DNA of 58,264 nt, filler included, from an uncultured bacterium (GTDB taxonomy: Bacteria; DAOPZR01): NCBI GenBank assembly GCA_964637655.1. It is 2 parts of 2 records of this genome, joined end to end, with 100 filler letters (N's around TTAATTAATTAA, not from the genome) between each part and the next. Parts side by side here need not be neighbours in the genome. Positions count along the whole stretch, not along the records: positions 29,365 to 58,264 come from CAZWUZ010000016.1; 1 more part is not named here. One strand, written 5' to 3'. Both the position numbers and the translations under genes were made by a program. Shown piece by piece: positions 55,664-58,264 of the stretch (its first letter is position 1; each line of letters opens with the position of its first letter). The notes below the pieces were generated by a model that saw only the letters and a program-made list of their open reading frames with translations, did not search any database and was not told the origin of the DNA.

Positions 55664-57090
55664 GCGGCCTGCCACAGCGCGGTCAGCAGCAGCACCAGCA
55701 GCAGCGGGTCGATTTCCGCCCGGAAGCGCATATTGTCGTTGCACTCCCCGAAGCAGCCGACCAGAAGATTGTAGACGACGATGCCCCAGCAGAACGTGAG
55801 TGCCGGGTGCGCCCGCAGTAACTGCAGCCAGCGTGCGGCCGACCAGCCGCCCTGCCGCCCGGCGGCGGCGGCATACCCGCCCAGCAGCAGCGGCAGGATG
55901 ACAACGAGCAGCGAACCGGCATCCTCGCCCAGGTATGGCGCCAGGGCGCGGGTAAGCGGCGCCCCGTGCAACAGCGCATCAGCCGTGAACCATCCGGGGA
56001 TCAGCGCCTGTGCCGGGGTGAAATGGCGGAACGAGGTGGCGGGCAGGCAGTAGAGTTTGTATGACCAGAGCACTGTGCGCAGGTAGTGTGCCGGGTCGTG
56101 CCTGATGACCGCCCGCGCCGCCTTCCCGTAAAGCCGGCCGAGCGGAACGTAGATGCTGTTGTGCAGGTCGTTGCGGGCAAGGTGCGGGATGTCCGACACC
56201 GGCTGCGCGAAACCTGCGGCCCGGAACGCGGCCGGGGGACTGAAGGCGTTGACCTGCGCCACGAGCGGCGGGATGACGCCCTGCTGCGCCAGTGCTGCCC
56301 GTGCCTGCGGGGAATAGCGTGCCGCAACCCCGTGCCACAGGTTCATGCCGCTCCAGCTGCTCATGCCGAAAAACCCGAACAGCATCAGGTTTTTCAGGCA
56401 CCAGGCGGCGGCGGGGAACGAACTGAGCAGCCCGACAAGCGCGACCGGGCGCTGCGCGGAGCGCGGGGCAAGCATGACGGCAAACGGCAGTGCGAACAAC
56501 AGCAGCACCGGGTGGTAGAAACTGCGGGTCAGCATGAGCAGCACAAGCAGGAACAGGAAAGCATGCAGCCAGCGTACCTGATGCGACACCTGCCAGCGGC
56601 TCAGCGCCCAGGCCGCGAACGTGATCAGCGCTGTTGCTTCAAGCGTGTAGAGCGGATACGCCGCGTAGAGCAGGAGCGGGGGATAGAAGGCGAGCAGCAC
56701 GCCCCCGGCCAGTGCGGGCAGAATGTTTCCGGTCAGGTGCCGCAGCACTACGGCTGCCGCCGCGCAGGTCAGGGCGCCAAGCAGGAGGTTGGCCGTGTGC
56801 TGCGCGGCCAGTGCCCGCAGCGGAAAGCAATGCAGCCAGAGGGCGCCGTAGGCATTGTGCAGCGGCGGCTGGGCGTGCAGGTAGAACAGCGCGTGCGGCA
56901 GCCCGTGCTGCAGTTCTGCCGCGGGCAGGTGCTGCCAGAAAAAATCCCAACCGCCGCTGCCCGGGACGACGGTCGCCGGGCTGACTCCCGCCCGTATGGC
57001 GAACAGCGCCATGCCGCCATGCAGGAGCAGGACGAGAATGACCAGCAGGCGCACGGTCAATTGCGGCGGACGCGAAACCGGCGGCAACAT
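55624..57090 (-). CDS. Multi-TM membrane protein, probable GT-C fold glycosyltransferase
   Basis: YLHAQPPL, YTLE, LTRS..HP, KN..LFG and ENxRF-like (ECNDNMRFR) motifs; about 11 TM. Confidence 0.65.
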   Translation of the reverse strand: MLPPVSRPPQLTVRLLVILVLLLHGGMALFAIRAGVSPATVVPGSGGWDFFWQHLPAAELQHGLPHALFYLHAQPPLHNAYGALWLHCFPLRALAAQHTANLLLGALTCAAAAVVLRHLTGNILPALAGGVLLAFYPPLLLYAAYPLYTLEATALITFAAWALSRWQVSHQVRWLHAFLFLLVLLMLTRSFYHPVLLLFALPFAVMLAPRSAQRPVALVGLLSSFPAAAWCLKNLMLFGFFGMSSWSGMNLWHGVAARYSPQARAALAQQGVIPPLVAQVNAFSPPAAFRAAGFAQPVSDIPHLARNDLHNSIYVPLGRLYGKAARAVIRHDPAHYLRTVLWSYKLYCLPATSFRHFTPAQALIPGWFTADALLHGAPLTRALAPYLGEDAGSLLVVILPLLLGGYAAAAGRQGGWSAARWLQLLRAHPALTFCWGIVVYNLLVGCFGECNDNMRFRAEIDPLLLVLLLTALWQAAQRLRSTGTRRQP

Positions 57091-57187
57091 GCCGGCGCGT
57101 GCCTGCCTGACACCGCTGAAGATGGGACATAAATCATTATCATGGTGCCGATTATAGCGTGGCAGAGCGCGTCTGTCAATGTGGCGG

Positions 57188-57215
57188 TCAAGTCACCGCG
57201 GGGCGCTGACGATAA
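57188..57215 (+). promoter_or_regulatory. Putative sigma28 (FliA) promoter
   Basis: TCAAG(57188-57192)-N15-GACGATAA(57208-57215), about 40 nt before the flgM-like ATG; one mismatch to GCCGATAA and spacing about 1 nt long. Confidence 0.45.
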
Positions 57216-57254
57216 GGGCACTAAGAACATCGAGCGCACAAGGAGGTGAGCGAG

Positions 57255-57548
57255 ATGATCAGGAGCATAGAGTCCCTCGGCAGCATCGGGCACACGGACG
57301 TGCCGGCAGTGACCGCAGGCAAACCGGCAAACGATCCCAGGACGGCAGGCGATACCGTGACACTCTCTGAACGCGGGCGGGAATACAGTGCGGCCCGGAA
57401 AACCGCGCAGGAAAACCGGCAGATCCGCGAGGCGCTGGTGCAGGAGATGAAGAAACGCCTCGAACAGGATCCGTTCATTGCCGGGCGGGTGGCGGACATC
57501 ATTGCGGACAAACTGGTCAACGGCTGGCGCGCTGTCGGTCAGACCTGA
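57255..57548 (+). CDS. flgM: FlgM-like anti-sigma28 factor
   Basis: 97 aa with a perfect AGGAGGTGA SD; low-complexity N-half, then DTVTLSERG, IREALVQEMKKRL and IADKLV, matching the FlgM D-x-V-x-L-S / R..KV..LK..I / IA.KL pattern. Confidence 0.7.
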   Translation: MIRSIESLGSIGHTDVPAVTAGKPANDPRTAGDTVTLSERGREYSAARKTAQENRQIREALVQEMKKRLEQDPFIAGRVADIIADKLVNGWRAVGQT

Positions 57549-57581
57549 CGACATCATCCATACGTCATTATAGATCCCCCG

Positions 57582-57622
57582 GAAAACGGGCGGGGTCCTT
57601 GGAGACCCCGTCCGTTTTCTCT
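57582..57622 (+). terminator. Rho-independent terminator-like hairpin
   Basis: GAAAACGGGCGGGGTC-cttgga-GACCCCGTCCGTTTTC followed by TCTTT, just after flgM. Confidence 0.75.
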
Positions 57623-57961
57623 TTGGTCAACCCGGCAGAGCTGACGGCAGGAAGGCAACCACATTGCGCGCCGCAAGCCGTCTGTCAGCGCGCGCAATTC
57701 ATGCAGCAGGCGTGCTTCTATGGTATACCAAGGCTGTGCGGTACGGGTTCACGACACGCTGAATACTCCTGTACGGTGGCTGCTTTTCCCACAGGATGGG
57801 CAACGGCTGTCCGGCAGTGAAGTACAGCGGCCGGTGCGGCGGCGCAACGATGGCCCGCCGGCGAAGCCGGGTGGTGCCGGAGGCCGTACTGACAACTTGC
57901 ATGACCGGATGCCGGACGTGTTCCGCGAAGGGGGCGACCGGTACCGGATGACAGGAACGAG

Positions 57962-58264
57962 ATGATGCGCGTCCTCTTTGTCTATCCCGACTGGTACTCC
58001 GTCTTTCCGCGCCATTTCAACGTCGGCCTCGCTTCGCTCATGGCGGTGACCCGCCGCGCCGGGCACGAGATCAGGTTCGTCTATGCCAGGGAGCAGGAGT
58101 GCTGCGCCGGGGTGCTGCAGTGTGTCCGCGATTTTCAACCGGAGGTGGTCGCGTACTCGGTCGTCAGCGCGATGGTGCGGGCTGTGGAGCAGATGGCACC
58201 GCTGGTCAAAGCCGCCCGGCCGCAGGCCTTTCAGGTGGCGGGCGGCATTCACCCCACGCTCCAG
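57962..58264 (+). CDS. B12-binding domain protein (probable radical SAM), 5' part; runs off the window
   Basis: Not in the ORF track; manual translation MMRVLFVYPDWY..FNVGLASLMAV.RRAGHE..DFQPEVVAYSVVS..VKAARP..QVAGGIHPTL matches the N-terminus of B12-binding radical SAM proteins. Confidence 0.82.
   Translation, partial: MMRVLFVYPDWYSVFPRHFNVGLASLMAVTRRAGHEIRFVYAREQECCAGVLQCVRDFQPEVVAYSVVSAMVRAVEQMAPLVKAARPQAFQVAGGIHPTLQ

Noticed and set aside
57130-57154. TAAA...GCCGATTA as a sigma28 promoter
   Set aside because: The spacer is only 13 nt (15 expected); the site at 57188-57215 fits better.
57599-57965. Short ORFs between flgM and the radical SAM gene
   Set aside because: No convincing SD or motif and several competing frames; cannot be supported.

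Overview
GC-rich bacterial sequence, probably a MAG or draft genome of a diderm organism. It consists of two segments joined by an artificial 100-nt linker (N44-TTAATTAATTAA-N44, 29265-29364); by eye the strand G/C skew reverses across the linker, so the two halves should not be treated as neighbours. LEFT segment: (i) A cobamide salvage island: cobO, cobD-cobQ-cbiB, and a convergent btuB-btuF-btuC-btuD-tonB operon under a cobalamin riboswitch. A BrnT/BrnA toxin-antitoxin pair lies upstream of cobO. Two ~600-nt composite palindromic repeat arrays interrupt the operons, and each is a continuous reading frame between the flanking genes. A ~140-bp MITE-like element occurs twice. (ii) An orphan Cys-rich PAS histidine kinase, lipoproteins and a YccA/BI-1 protein. 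(iii) A co-oriented run of a membrane sCache_2-PAS-DUF294 nucleotidyltransferase, a metallophosphoesterase, DUF485, actP and three K+(cation)/H+ antiporters. This is the best candidate for an undescribed carboxylate-sensing nucleotidylation (writer/eraser) system. (iv) A DUF2339-like protein truncated by the gap. RIGHT segment: housekeeping genes (ilvD, ftsK, pgsA, pgpA) inside a large cell-surface glycan locus (rmlCD, ugd, gmd/rmd-like pair, uxs, waaL, GT9/GT4/GT2, five GT-C-like membrane proteins, an acyltransferase, two methyltransferases, two B12-binding radical SAM genes), plus an orphan flgM-like gene. No rRNA, tRNA, CRISPR array or transposase was seen. All calls rest on motif recognition by eye; no database search was run.
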